This document shows, in pieces, positions 1 to 9,198 of a stretch of DNA of 37,033 nucleotides. Each line of letters opens with the position of its first letter. The first letter of the stretch is position 1. Position numbers and translations under genes: made by a program. This DNA is from a virus, in the IMG/VR virus record IMGVR_UViG_3300005573_000069, positions 1-37,033 of that record; one strand, written 5' to 3'. Below the pieces are notes generated by a model that was not told the origin of the DNA, did no database searches, and saw only the letters and a list, made by a program, of their open reading frames with translations.

Positions 1-2576
1 AAATTTAACATAATAAGACTTGTCAATTGTCTAGTATCGGTAGATGTTTGGTTAATATTAATTAGTAAGTCTAAAAAATGTTGATATTTCTTTTTACTTA
101 ACTCGTACAATTCTTCAGCTACTTGCGCATTAAGATATTTAAGACTTGATAAGCCCTTTGTGATTGTGTTGTTATTTTTGTTGTAGTTGTAATTTTCTCT
201 AGACTCTCCAAATTTTATAGGTGATAGTGATATTCCTTTGACCTGCGCAAATTCGATGATTTCAGACGTTTTGTCCAAGTTATCCTTGTTAATATTTAAA
301 AGTACGGTAATAAATTCTAAAGGATAGTAATAACGCAAATAGGCGCACATGTATCCAATATAACTATAAGGCTTCGCGTGGTTTTCAGAAAAGCCATAAG
401 ACGAAGCATCTAAAATAATTTGTAAAAAGGGTTCTACAATTTGAGATGCTTGTTCAATAGACAGGTTATATTTAGAATTCATTGTTTGAATAAACCGTTC
501 TTTGATTTCTGGAATTACTTTTTCGGTTCCTATTTTTTTTCCGATAAGACGCCTCACATTGTCGCTTTCGTGCATCGAGTAACCACAGAAATGCACAAGT
601 AACTGCATAATTTGTTCTTGTGTGGTTAAATAACCCAATGTCTTTGATAATAGCTTATTTATTTCTTGATGTCCATTATCATTAGGTTCACCTTGTAGAA
701 GTTTATCTCTGAATGATTCACAAGCTGGCCTAATAGCCGCATTTACCATTGACAGAACATCTATTCTAGTAATTGAGTTATCATATTGTTTAATTTTTTC
801 ATAGTTTGATAATGCTTTAGACAAGGACTCGTGTGCAAATTTGCCTTCCATCTGAAATATGCCTAGAGGATACTTGGCTATATCATTCCATACGTTATCA
901 TCTTCTACGTCAATATTATCAGGGGTGATACGCTCTATACCTGCTAATTCACATGTTTTATTAATTATCTCGATATTATCTAGTCCCAAGATATCTAACT
1001 TTACAAAGTTTAATGAGTCCACGCATTTCATATCACACATAGAAATAGGGTAACGGCATGTGGATGTCGTAAAAGTACTTACATTCTCATCTAAAGAAAG
1101 TGGGCTAGTTATAAAGCCACTGGGATGCGAACCCACACTTACATTAACACCTTTAAGTAGATTAACATATTTAAATAATTCAGGATAATCTTGTTCAAAC
1201 TTTTCTTTGTCATTTTCATAATTCTTTGCTATATAGTCTACAGTTTCCAACGGAATTTTCAATGCCCTGCCAACATCTCGAATAGCACCCTTATCAGCTA
1301 TTGTATTGATCGTTACTATTTCGGAGAAGTGTATTCCCTCTATATTTGCAACATAATCTATAATGTCGTTTCGTCTTGACGGTGGATAGTCAACGTCTAT
1401 GTCAGTCAAAGAAATCCGATCAGGGTTCATAAACCGGAAAAAGTTTAAGTCATGCTTGATTGAATCCATTTCTGTTATTCCCAATACATAGGCAATAAGT
1501 GATCCAGTCACACTACCACGCCCAGGCCCTTGATATATGTCATTTTGACGGCACCAATTAATAATATTTTCCTGCAATAACATATAGTCAATGCTATCGC
1601 ATTTTTTATAAACCTCAAATTCTTCTTGGATTCTATTGTAGTATAACTTTCTTTGATCAGGTGGAAAATTGCTTATTCCACGTCTTTTTACGCCTTCATT
1701 AATTTTTTTCTTAAATATTTCTTCTGAATTAGGATATAGACGTGGATACTTATTAGAAATGTCCAAGTCGAATTGCTCAATCATATCGTTTAAGATGTTT
1801 GTATTGTCTACAGCTTCTAAATAAACCGATTCAGGTAGGATACCCTGAAGTTTAAACGCTGACACCAATTCGTCATATGACTTAAACGTTAAATCAAAAG
1901 AATCGTCTTCATAGGAGAAGTTTTTACTTCTCATTAGAATTTTACGTGCGTCTGCATATTGATCGTTTAATGAATGCGTATCTGTACCTGTAATAAGAGG
2001 GATATGGGTTTTATAATGCAAAGAAAGCAAAAATTCATTATATTTCTTTTGATCCTCTGATATATGATGTTGAATCTCTAAAAAACATCTGTGCTTGTTG
2101 TTTTCTAGAAAGGATAAAAATGGTTTAAAGATAGATTTATCATAACCTTTATTTAATGGATTGGCAAGACATGCGGTCGTTACTAGAATATTATTGCTGG
2201 TATTCTCCAATTCTTCAAGAGTGATACGGGCATCATAGTAATAATGCCCGTCATTCTTATTGTAGGCTTGTGAAATTAGTTTATTTAATTCTTTGACACC
2301 ATCCCAATTTTTAGCCATAAGAATTATGTGATAATTATCACGTACTTTCTCTTTTAGAGACTCAGTTAGATAAAATTCACAAACATGGATATATTTAATC
2401 CCAAGTTTGTCACAGTATTGTTTCTTTTTGATCCAATTGAAGAAGTTACCGTGCTCACTGATTCCTATTGCTATCATTCCCAATTCTTTAGCCTTATCAA
2501 TATACATTTCAAATTTAGTAGCACTATCCAAAATACTTAAATCAGAATGGCAATGATATACTACATAATTGGGCAT
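1..2576 (-). CDS. dnaE: DNA polymerase III alpha subunit (C-family, DnaE), 3'-truncated at window edge
   Basis: Not in the ORF track because it has no stop in the window. Manual translation from ATG 2576 (AGGAG RBS upstream) gives MPNYVVYHCHSDLSILDS...SEHGN (PHP domain), GPGRGSVTGSLIAY, DRISLTDIDVD (catalytic), KLDILGL, GIFQMEG and YGFSENHA...YYPLEF. Frame was checked at 1529 and 314. Confidence 0.96.
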   Translation of the reverse strand, partial: MPNYVVYHCHSDLSILDSATKFEMYIDKAKELGMIAIGISEHGNFFNWIKKKQYCDKLGIKYIHVCEFYLTESLKEKVRDNYHIILMAKNWDGVKELNKLISQAYNKNDGHYYYDARITLEELENTSNNILVTTACLANPLNKGYDKSIFKPFLSFLENNKHRCFLEIQHHISEDQKKYNEFLLSLHYKTHIPLITGTDTHSLNDQYADARKILMRSKNFSYEDDSFDLTFKSYDELVSAFKLQGILPESVYLEAVDNTNILNDMIEQFDLDISNKYPRLYPNSEEIFKKKINEGVKRRGISNFPPDQRKLYYNRIQEEFEVYKKCDSIDYMLLQENIINWCRQNDIYQGPGRGSVTGSLIAYVLGITEMDSIKHDLNFFRFMNPDRISLTDIDVDYPPSRRNDIIDYVANIEGIHFSEIVTINTIADKGAIRDVGRALKIPLETVDYIAKNYENDKEKFEQDYPELFKYVNLLKGVNVSVGSHPSGFITSPLSLDENVSTFTTSTCRYPISMCDMKCVDSLNFVKLDILGLDNIEIINKTCELAGIERITPDNIDVEDDNVWNDIAKYPLGIFQMEGKFAHESLSKALSNYEKIKQYDNSITRIDVLSMVNAAIRPACESFRDKLLQGEPNDNGHQEINKLLSKTLGYLTTQEQIMQLLVHFCGYSMHESDNVRRLIGKKIGTEKVIPEIKERFIQTMNSKYNLSIEQASQIVEPFLQIILDASSYGFSENHAKPYSYIGYMCAYLRYYYPLEFITVLLNINKDNLDKTSEIIEFAQVKGISLSPIKFGESRENYNYNKNNNTITKGLSSLKYLNAQVAEELYELSKKKYQHFLDLLININQTSTDTRQLTSLIMLN

Positions 2577-2609
2577 ACTGGCACTCCTTATTGTAAAACA
2601 AATTTTGAT

Positions 2610-2693
2610 CTATTCCCACGGCCACTTATCGCGAAACATGACAGCCGTCCACAAAAGAAAAGCGACTATAAGTGCTACTTCAGGCCAATTCAT
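2610..2693 (-). CDS. 27-aa single-TM peptide (MNWPEVALIVAFLLWTAVMFRDKWPWE)
   Basis: ATG 2693 with AAGGGG upstream and TAG at 2610-2612. Hydrophobic core; fills the gap between the MTase and dnaE. Confidence 0.55.
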   Translation of the reverse strand: MNWPEVALIVAFLLWTAVMFRDKWPWE

Positions 2694-2738
2694 TCAGCTA
2701 CACCCCTTTCTTACCGTAAAAGATTCCTATTTTTAACC

Positions 2739-4007
2739 TTAATTAATTCTCCTATCTATAATTTTCATGTATTCCTCTTCTTTTTCAAACCCGATATAAT
2801 TTACTCCTACATTTTTACAACTAATTGCTGTGGTGCCAGAACCCATAAATGGATCAAGACATATTCCGTTTGGAGGTGTTACTAATTTAGCTAGATATTC
2901 AATTAACTTGACAGGTTTGACAGTTGGATGTTTATTGAATTCACCTCTTTCTCTTGGAGAAGGTTTGGCACAATAAAAGAATCGAGATGCGCCTCCTGAA
3001 TCTCCATGCTGATTTGTTACTGTGCTTACACCTCTTAAAAACTTCGTGACTGATTCGCTTTCGTAAGCATCCTTATTTTTCCGCGTCTTGCCACTTTTTG
3101 TTATACCACTTTGTTTGTCTAATATTTTTATTGGACAATCAGGATGACAATTCCAGATTTCTAACGTGTCTTCACTTTTTACCTGCATACATTCTGGATG
3201 ATGCGACAAAATTAAATTTGCCGGAAAACGGCCTAGTTCTTCAGCCTTAGCAACTTTATTTTTTGTTTCAGTAATTTTTTGTTTTATAATTTCTTCATCA
3301 TGCCTCCATGGTCTATCCCATCCTTCAGAGGCACTAAACGAACCAGTCAATGCACCTCCCGTTAAACTATCGCTGGTAGGTATTCTACAGTCGTCAATAT
3401 TAATTCCACCTGTTCCCCATCTTAACACATTCAAAGCAATATTCTTCTCGCTTATAGGCTTACGCGCTAATACCCAAATTTCTACTGCTGGTTTAAGACC
3501 TGTTCCCCATCCTTCCCATTGTGTTGCTTCCGGTGTTGCGGGCGCTGTGATATTAATATCAGTATTTTTTGATAGTGTATTCTTATCGCCATATCTGCCA
3601 CCGGAAATTTCTTTGAAATCACGAGCATATTTAGTTCTTACGACCTTTCTTTGAGCTCCCAATTCTTTATCAATCGCTTTTGAAATGTCGAGCGATTTAG
3701 GGAAACCACTACCGAAAATATGATAAATGCAATCTCTGATTTCCCATCCTGCGTCCTCAATAGCAACCATCATTCGATGATGAGTTCTGCCAATTCCTGC
3801 AACTAGCATATGTCCTCCGGGCTTAACCACTCGTAAACATTCTTTCCATAATTCTGTATTATAGGCTATACCGCTATTGTCCCATTTTAGATTCATAAAA
3901 CTTAAATTGTATGGAGGATCAGTAACTATGCTGTCGATAGAATTGTCGTCCAGTAATTTCAAGCCTTCTAAGCAATCCATACAATAAACTTGATTAATTT
4001 CTAGCAT
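2739..4007 (-). CDS. Site-specific DNA amino-methyltransferase (N4-C/N6-A, beta class)
   Basis: DPPY motif near the N-terminus; HPTVKP and LDPFMGSGTT near the C-terminus; GRFPAN and SRFFYCAK motifs typical of phage orphan MTases. Start moved to ATG 4007, which has an AAGGAGG RBS. Confidence 0.92.
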   Translation of the reverse strand: MLEINQVYCMDCLEGLKLLDDNSIDSIVTDPPYNLSFMNLKWDNSGIAYNTELWKECLRVVKPGGHMLVAGIGRTHHRMMVAIEDAGWEIRDCIYHIFGSGFPKSLDISKAIDKELGAQRKVVRTKYARDFKEISGGRYGDKNTLSKNTDINITAPATPEATQWEGWGTGLKPAVEIWVLARKPISEKNIALNVLRWGTGGINIDDCRIPTSDSLTGGALTGSFSASEGWDRPWRHDEEIIKQKITETKNKVAKAEELGRFPANLILSHHPECMQVKSEDTLEIWNCHPDCPIKILDKQSGITKSGKTRKNKDAYESESVTKFLRGVSTVTNQHGDSGGASRFFYCAKPSPRERGEFNKHPTVKPVKLIEYLAKLVTPPNGICLDPFMGSGTTAISCKNVGVNYIGFEKEEEYMKIIDRRIN

Positions 4008-4018
4008 GAAAACCTCCT

Positions 4019-4279
4019 TTAGTCCCATCCAAAACAACCGCAATAATATCTATCATATTTTTCGTTTGGTCTATACTCGAAAAATGGTAAATCAAAAGAT
4101 GATTTTACTTGATTTCTACAATTACTATATATACACTTAGCCATTCTATTGGTCAAATCAGGCAAATCCGTTTCTATTTCTGTTGCTCCAGGGTTATAAC
4201 CCAAACAGATTATACAGACAGGCTGATTGGTACTTCTATCAATTCCTTGAGCTCGATGACCACATTTCATCAAAGTCAT
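4019..4279 (-). CDS. Cys-rich hypothetical protein (probable Zn-binding)
   Basis: CGH...CIIC...CIYSNC...YYCGC. ATG 4279 overlaps the upstream TGA (ATGA). Confidence 0.7.
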   Translation of the reverse strand: MTLMKCGHRAQGIDRSTNQPVCIICLGYNPGATEIETDLPDLTNRMAKCIYSNCRNQVKSSFDLPFFEYRPNEKYDRYYCGCFGWD

Positions 4280-4482
4280 TCTTGACCCTTCCTTGTAATC
4301 ATTCTGCCGATAGCCATTACCCATTCAGCACAGCAACCGTCACAAACTAAAGTGTGAAAAAATACACCCGTTTCAGGATCAAATATAGCTTCTCCTGTCT
4401 CGTGATCGAATATTTCATAGAGTTGGTTGGTAAAAGATATCCGATTACCGCAATTGGGACAAATCCAAAATAACTCTTTCAC
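4276..4482 (-). CDS. Small Zn-ribbon protein
   Basis: CPNCG...CDGC. GTG start with GGGGG RBS. Confidence 0.7.
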   Translation of the reverse strand: MKELFWICPNCGNRISFTNQLYEIFDHETGEAIFDPETGVFFHTLVCDGCCAEWVMAIGRMITRKGQE

Positions 4483-4497
4483 AAAAACCCCCCTTAT

Positions 4498-5238
4498 TTA
4501 TGGTTGCCACATTCTGTTAATGATACTATTGACCTTTTTAGGATCATTTAGCTTGACAAGAATTATTTTAGGTTCTGTGGTTATAAATTCCCTGATCAAA
4601 TATCTGACTTCACCGCTCTTGAAAGTTTTGATTTCGATATGTTGTTTATTATAATAATCTTTATTCTGTTCGTACTCACTTTTGGGTATTGTTCTAACGA
4701 TTTCTGATTTACCCGTAGTTTCGCCTAATTTTTCCCAATTGTCTGCATAGTAAACCGTTCCTAATCTAGGAGGCAATATAAATGTCTGAAAAGCCTTCAA
4801 AATGTCATTATATCTTTGGAACCACCATAGTATAGCATCTTTTCTTACCATGGATAGAAGTTTTGATCCTGCATTTCTATTTTTATGATTACTCAAACAA
4901 AATACAATGTTGTTTGCTATTTCGTTGAATTTGATATTGTGGTCTGTCATATATTTTTTAATCACTTTCGGTTTGTCAAATGCTGATGCTAACCCAAATA
5001 CACCCACCATAGCTCCGTTCTCGTACAAATTCCAGTATAATTTTCTAGATGGTCTGTCAGCCCATTTGATATATGAGTGGTATTCATTAACAAATTCTCT
5101 TGCTACTTTTCGTGATTCAGGTGTAATTACCCTACTTATTTTATAATCATATTTGACTTCCTTTTGGTAATCGTTATATATACATTTTGAAATTCCCTCA
5201 ATTGAGTTTGGTAAGTGTGTTTCAGATAGTAAGTCTAT
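4498..5238 (-). CDS. Mom/DUF4338(DruA)-like GNAT-fold protein, putative DNA base acyl-modification enzyme
   Basis: The frame stays open 70 codons upstream of the track start and includes AREFVNEYHSYI (Mom-like HY/HSY helix). It also has GTVYYADNWEKLGETTG, resembling the G-x-x-Y-x-A-x-N-W-x-x-x-G-x-T motif. The only plausible start is ATA 5238, 8 nt after AAAGGAGG. Confidence 0.75.
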   Translation of the reverse strand: MDLLSETHLPNSIEGISKCIYNDYQKEVKYDYKISRVITPESRKVAREFVNEYHSYIKWADRPSRKLYWNLYENGAMVGVFGLASAFDKPKVIKKYMTDHNIKFNEIANNIVFCLSNHKNRNAGSKLLSMVRKDAILWWFQRYNDILKAFQTFILPPRLGTVYYADNWEKLGETTGKSEIVRTIPKSEYEQNKDYYNKQHIEIKTFKSGEVRYLIREFITTEPKIILVKLNDPKKVNSIINRMWQP

Positions 5239-5305
5239 AAGTTATGCCTCCTTTCTTGTGAGATTATATTCAATGGTTGAAATTTCGGTGCGAAGTTTTG
5301 TCGCT

Positions 5306-5767
5306 TTACAGTCCTAACTGAAACAATACTTTCAATGCTTCTTTTTCTTCTTGTGAAAGTTTAGAAAATCTTTCTAAAATATTCATGCATCTTTCTAATT
5401 TTGATACATCTAAATTATTTATTTGCCTATTTAAGCCATCAATTAATTGCGATAATGATGGAATTGAATCTTTGAAGTAACGAAACTTGTCTTCTATATC
5501 TTTCTTTCTGTTTTGTTGTGATTCCCAAAATATATAAAGCCCCTCTATTTCCTCATCTACTAATTGCTTGTAAGACTTTTTGATATTTTCCGCTTTTCTC
5601 CTAAGATCAAGAGTAGCTGCATTAAAAACACCATCCCAAAGCTCCAGTTCGCGTTGAAAATTCTTTAAAACTTGTGACATTCCCTCTTTTTCCATTTGGG
5701 CTGTATCCAAGTTTTTGAGAGAGTCTACTAATTCCTTGTCTACCCACAGAAGTTCTTTCTCACTCAC
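5306..5767 (-). CDS. Hypothetical coiled-coil protein
   Basis: 153-aa ORF, GTG start with AAGGAGG, heptad-like charged sequence. Confidence 0.75.
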   Translation of the reverse strand: MSEKELLWVDKELVDSLKNLDTAQMEKEGMSQVLKNFQRELELWDGVFNAATLDLRRKAENIKKSYKQLVDEEIEGLYIFWESQQNRKKDIEDKFRYFKDSIPSLSQLIDGLNRQINNLDVSKLERCMNILERFSKLSQEEKEALKVLFQLGL

Positions 5768-5770
5768 AGA

Positions 5771-6115
5771 TTAATCCTCCTTCTTTTCTTGAAAGTCAAC
5801 AATTTCTATTCCAGTTATGAAATAGTCTAAGTCGCAAATACGTTCCTCAAGTGTACAACTTTCGCCCTTTTCGTTGACTAATTCTGCCTCAAACATAATT
5901 TCCCATTCTGGATTATCTTCATCGTAATCTTTTACTCGAAAGTTACAGTCCGAATCAATTATGTCATCTTTGGTAATTTCGCTTGCCGTACTTAAAACTA
6001 CATAACCGTATCCATAGCTTTCAACATCATAGTACAAATGACCTTTGTAATCTTGATACTGGATTGTTACTTTAACTCTATACGCGCCGAATTTTTGAGG
6101 ATCATGAGAATACAT
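5771..6115 (-). CDS. Hypothetical protein, DUF5406-like (paralog 2)
   Basis: MYSHDPQKFGAYRVKVTIQYQDYKGHL...ITGIEIVD. ATG 6115 is coupled to the upstream TAA, with an AAGGAG RBS. Confidence 0.7.
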   Translation of the reverse strand: MYSHDPQKFGAYRVKVTIQYQDYKGHLYYDVESYGYGYVVLSTASEITKDDIIDSDCNFRVKDYDEDNPEWEIMFEAELVNEKGESCTLEERICDLDYFITGIEIVDFQEKKED

Positions 6116-6447
6116 TATTTCAACTCCTTTTCTTGACATTCAATAATTTCTATCGCAGTAATATAATCGTTCAAATTATAAATATAATCATTAAGCAGGT
6201 AAGTTTCACCTTTTTCATTAACCAACTTTGCTTCAAACATGTCATATGACTCTTTGAGAAATTTACGCTCATAGTCACAATCCGAATTAATCTGATCGTA
6301 TTGAGTAATTTCAGACGCATTAAAAAGAAGCTCCCAACCTTCTCCGTGCCCTTCATCTTCGCCATACAAATGACCTTTGTACTCATCATACTGAAGCGTA
6401 ACTTTTACCTTGTACACACCATATCTTTGAGGATTATGACGATACAT
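6115..6447 (-). CDS. Hypothetical protein, DUF5406-like (paralog 1)
   Basis: MYRHNPQRYGVYKVKVTLQYDEYKGHL...ITAIEIIE; clearly alignable to the downstream ORF. Confidence 0.7.
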   Translation of the reverse strand: MYRHNPQRYGVYKVKVTLQYDEYKGHLYGEDEGHGEGWELLFNASEITQYDQINSDCDYERKFLKESYDMFEAKLVNEKGETYLLNDYIYNLNDYITAIEIIECQEKELK

Positions 6448-7027
6448 AATTCAGCCTCCCAATATTCCAATTATTTTTTGGATCAATTTTAATGATTAAC
6501 CGCCCGCTATTCTTTTCAGCATACCTAACGCAATTCATCGTGCCTCCTTTTGACCCATCCCACACAGCTATAGTAATTCTGGAATTATCAACCATGAATT
6601 CATTTCGTTTTTGAAGTTTCGCTTTATGGTATTCGCCTATAATTGTATCCTTAATTTGATATCTCTCACTTGTATCTACAAAGATAATTTCGTCCGCCTT
6701 TTCTAACATTTTTCTGTACCAGTATTTTTGCTCCATTGTCCACACAGAATCCTGTTTCTCAAATGGTAACGCAAGTATATTTTTGACAGAGTATATATTT
6801 TTGATTTTGTGAACACACCAAAAAGCCATTTGATCTACACCCAATGCACCACCTGATATGAAATTCCTAATATCATAGTCACAGATACATAACTTGATTA
6901 CTTCTGTTAATTTCTTATATAATAATTGGTATCTTTCGTCACGCATATTGAATCCGTACATACATTTAGCTTGTGGTCTGTGACCTGTAAAATGAGCAGT
7001 AAAAAATTTAGAATTTTGACTTTCCAT
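6434..7027 (-). CDS. YspA/DUF1273-family SLOG protein
   Basis: FTGHRPQ, FISGGALGVDQ, QKRNEFMVDNS and AVWDGSKGGT motifs. Confidence 0.88.
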   Translation of the reverse strand: MESQNSKFFTAHFTGHRPQAKCMYGFNMRDERYQLLYKKLTEVIKLCICDYDIRNFISGGALGVDQMAFWCVHKIKNIYSVKNILALPFEKQDSVWTMEQKYWYRKMLEKADEIIFVDTSERYQIKDTIIGEYHKAKLQKRNEFMVDNSRITIAVWDGSKGGTMNCVRYAEKNSGRLIIKIDPKNNWNIGRLNYVSS

Positions 7028-7032
7028 CTATC

Positions 7033-8145
7033 TTAACCTTGCATGCGCACAGGCATTATAACATTTACATGCTCGGAATTTGACTCGATTAATATAGGGT
7101 CAAATTCTCCTTTGGCACGCAGGCGCAATATATCTTCGGAATAAGAATTTAAGCAATCCTTAAGAAATTTAGCATTAACTGATATGCTCAAATCGGTTGG
7201 TGCATCCATTAAATTATAAATAGATATAGTATTTTGGTAGTTGTAGGTAGAATCGCTTGACGATATTGTCAATAAATCATCATCGAATAAAAGATGGACT
7301 ATTGGTGGCTTTTCTTTGGTTATCGTGATAATCTTTTTAACATTGCTAAGAAGGGCATTTCTATCAAATGTTAAATCTTGAGTAAACAACAAATTAGATT
7401 CTTCTGTTATGCGCAACACGTTGGGATATTTATCAGTTGTTATACGACCTATTACAGTATTGTTGCCGTCTGTGAAATACACCTTACAGTTTTCAGTATC
7501 AATAGTTATAGCCACATCGTCTTTTTTAAAAACTTGAGCAGCTAGATTGATAGTACTGGCGGTTACAAGCATTTCGATTTCGGAGAGATTACCTAGAGGA
7601 AATGTTCTCAATGCTATTCGATGTATGTCGGTGGCTACTGCCGTTAATCCAGAAGAGTTTGTTTTTAGGTAGACGTTTCTGAATATGCTCATATCTTTGG
7701 TAGTAGCATACGTCACCTGTTTGGCAATATCCTGAATCACTTTACATGGTACAGAGAATGTAGGGTTATCTGAGCTTTCTTCAATAATTGGATATTCCTC
7801 TAGCGCAAACGATGCTACATTAACATCTATCGTATCGCTAATAAAGACAATACGTGTTGTTAGTAACTCCTGAAGTGACTCTAATTCCACATCGTTACTA
7901 TTCGACATAGTTAGAACGTTGATTAACTCCTTGACGGGAAGCACTACCACACCTTCTTCAAAGATTGTAGCTGGTATGGTAAGGATTATAGATGTATCTA
8001 AGTCAGTACCAATAAGTTTGACTGCGTTATCCGAAGTTTCTATCTTGACACCTGTTAGAATAGGCGTAAAAGACTTACCAGGTATAATATCTTTACATAG
8101 TCTGAGGGATGTGAGAAGTTGTTTGCGATCAACCATAATTTTCAT
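7033..8145 (-). CDS. dnaN: DNA polymerase III beta sliding clamp
   Basis: 370 aa; PILTGVKI, GTDLD, VATDIHRIA, YPN, NAKFLKD and C-terminal VIMPVR. Confidence 0.93.
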   Translation of the reverse strand: MKIMVDRKQLLTSLRLCKDIIPGKSFTPILTGVKIETSDNAVKLIGTDLDTSIILTIPATIFEEGVVVLPVKELINVLTMSNSNDVELESLQELLTTRIVFISDTIDVNVASFALEEYPIIEESSDNPTFSVPCKVIQDIAKQVTYATTKDMSIFRNVYLKTNSSGLTAVATDIHRIALRTFPLGNLSEIEMLVTASTINLAAQVFKKDDVAITIDTENCKVYFTDGNNTVIGRITTDKYPNVLRITEESNLLFTQDLTFDRNALLSNVKKIITITKEKPPIVHLLFDDDLLTISSSDSTYNYQNTISIYNLMDAPTDLSISVNAKFLKDCLNSYSEDILRLRAKGEFDPILIESNSEHVNVIMPVRMQG

Positions 8146-8258
8146 TGACTCAAATCTCCTCCTTCCACGTGAACGTTTGCTAGTCTCAATTCTTCCTCAA
8201 ACTGTTCATCTGAGATACTAGCTAAGTGTTCAAGTACAATTTGTCTTATTTCCTTCAC
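8142..8258 (-). CDS. 38-aa acidic peptide (MKEIRQIVLEHLASISDEQFEEELRLANVHVEGGDLSQ)
   Basis: GTG 8258; its TGA overlaps the dnaN ATG (ATGA). Not in the track; weak RBS. Confidence 0.45.
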   Translation of the reverse strand: MKEIRQIVLEHLASISDEQFEEELRLANVHVEGGDLSQ

Positions 8259-8267
8259 CCTATGCTA

Positions 8268-9185
8268 TTATCCATGGTTGCTTCCTCCATCTACAAAGCC
8301 TCCCTCTTTTCTCACCTGAACAAACATTCTGTCAACATTATCCAGCAAGTTATTTTTTATTAATGATGTGGAAGACAATGCAAATTTATTTTCAACTAAA
8401 TCAATGTACATAGTAAATTCGCCTTTGCCTCCATTATAAAAATTGACCCATCTTTCAGGACTTAACGAATGTTGTATTTCTAACTGCTCAATTGCTAAGT
8501 TATCAAAACTTACTATTTTGAAGTGATTCATGACATTTACCATATTTTTACGCAAAATTTCCATGTTTTTATTAATAAGATTTCGTGCGTGCCGATAATA
8601 CTCTAACCCTCTACCTTTCATCTTATATCCGAGAATCAATATTTTTAAATCTTTATCATAAAGCTTCTCTAACTCCTTAAGGGTAATCATGCCATTTATT
8701 ACATGAATTACGGTGTTATCGAAATACTTTATTTTTTTAACAAACTCCTCATTAATATCGGTTAAAGATACGCCTATACCTTTGACAAGATCGAATTCAG
8801 TTAACCATCTAATTACATCAAACCCTTTTACAAAATGTGTTTGATTAACCGTGATATTGGCAATTACTTTTTTAGAATACAACTTATCCAGAAATGCTAT
8901 TAGGTCTGGATGTGTAAGTGGATTACCGCCGCCTATCGCTAATTCAGTATAGGGATGAAGTGAATCAATGAATTGGGCATTTAGTATGTCACCATGTTTA
9001 CCATCGGGTGTAGACACTTCATGGCACATTGGACATAACATGTCACAATTGTTTGTGATTTTTACGTCAATGGATTCGGGAAAATTCGGATAGAATTTAT
9101 TATCATTAGTTTGTCTAATCTTCGTTCCATTTCGAGTGTCAATAAGTGCCTTGTAATTACCATTCTCATAAGTAACCCAATTCAT
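8268..9185 (-). CDS. Radical SAM protein
   Basis: CxxxCxxC (CDMLCPMCH), IGGGNPLTHPD and NITVN; AAGGAGG RBS. Confidence 0.92.
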   Translation of the reverse strand: MNWVTYENGNYKALIDTRNGTKIRQTNDNKFYPNFPESIDVKITNNCDMLCPMCHEVSTPDGKHGDILNAQFIDSLHPYTELAIGGGNPLTHPDLIAFLDKLYSKKVIANITVNQTHFVKGFDVIRWLTEFDLVKGIGVSLTDINEEFVKKIKYFDNTVIHVINGMITLKELEKLYDKDLKILILGYKMKGRGLEYYRHARNLINKNMEILRKNMVNVMNHFKIVSFDNLAIEQLEIQHSLSPERWVNFYNGGKGEFTMYIDLVENKFALSSTSLIKNNLLDNVDRMFVQVRKEGGFVDGGSNHG

Positions 9186-9198
9186 TATAAAGCCTCCT

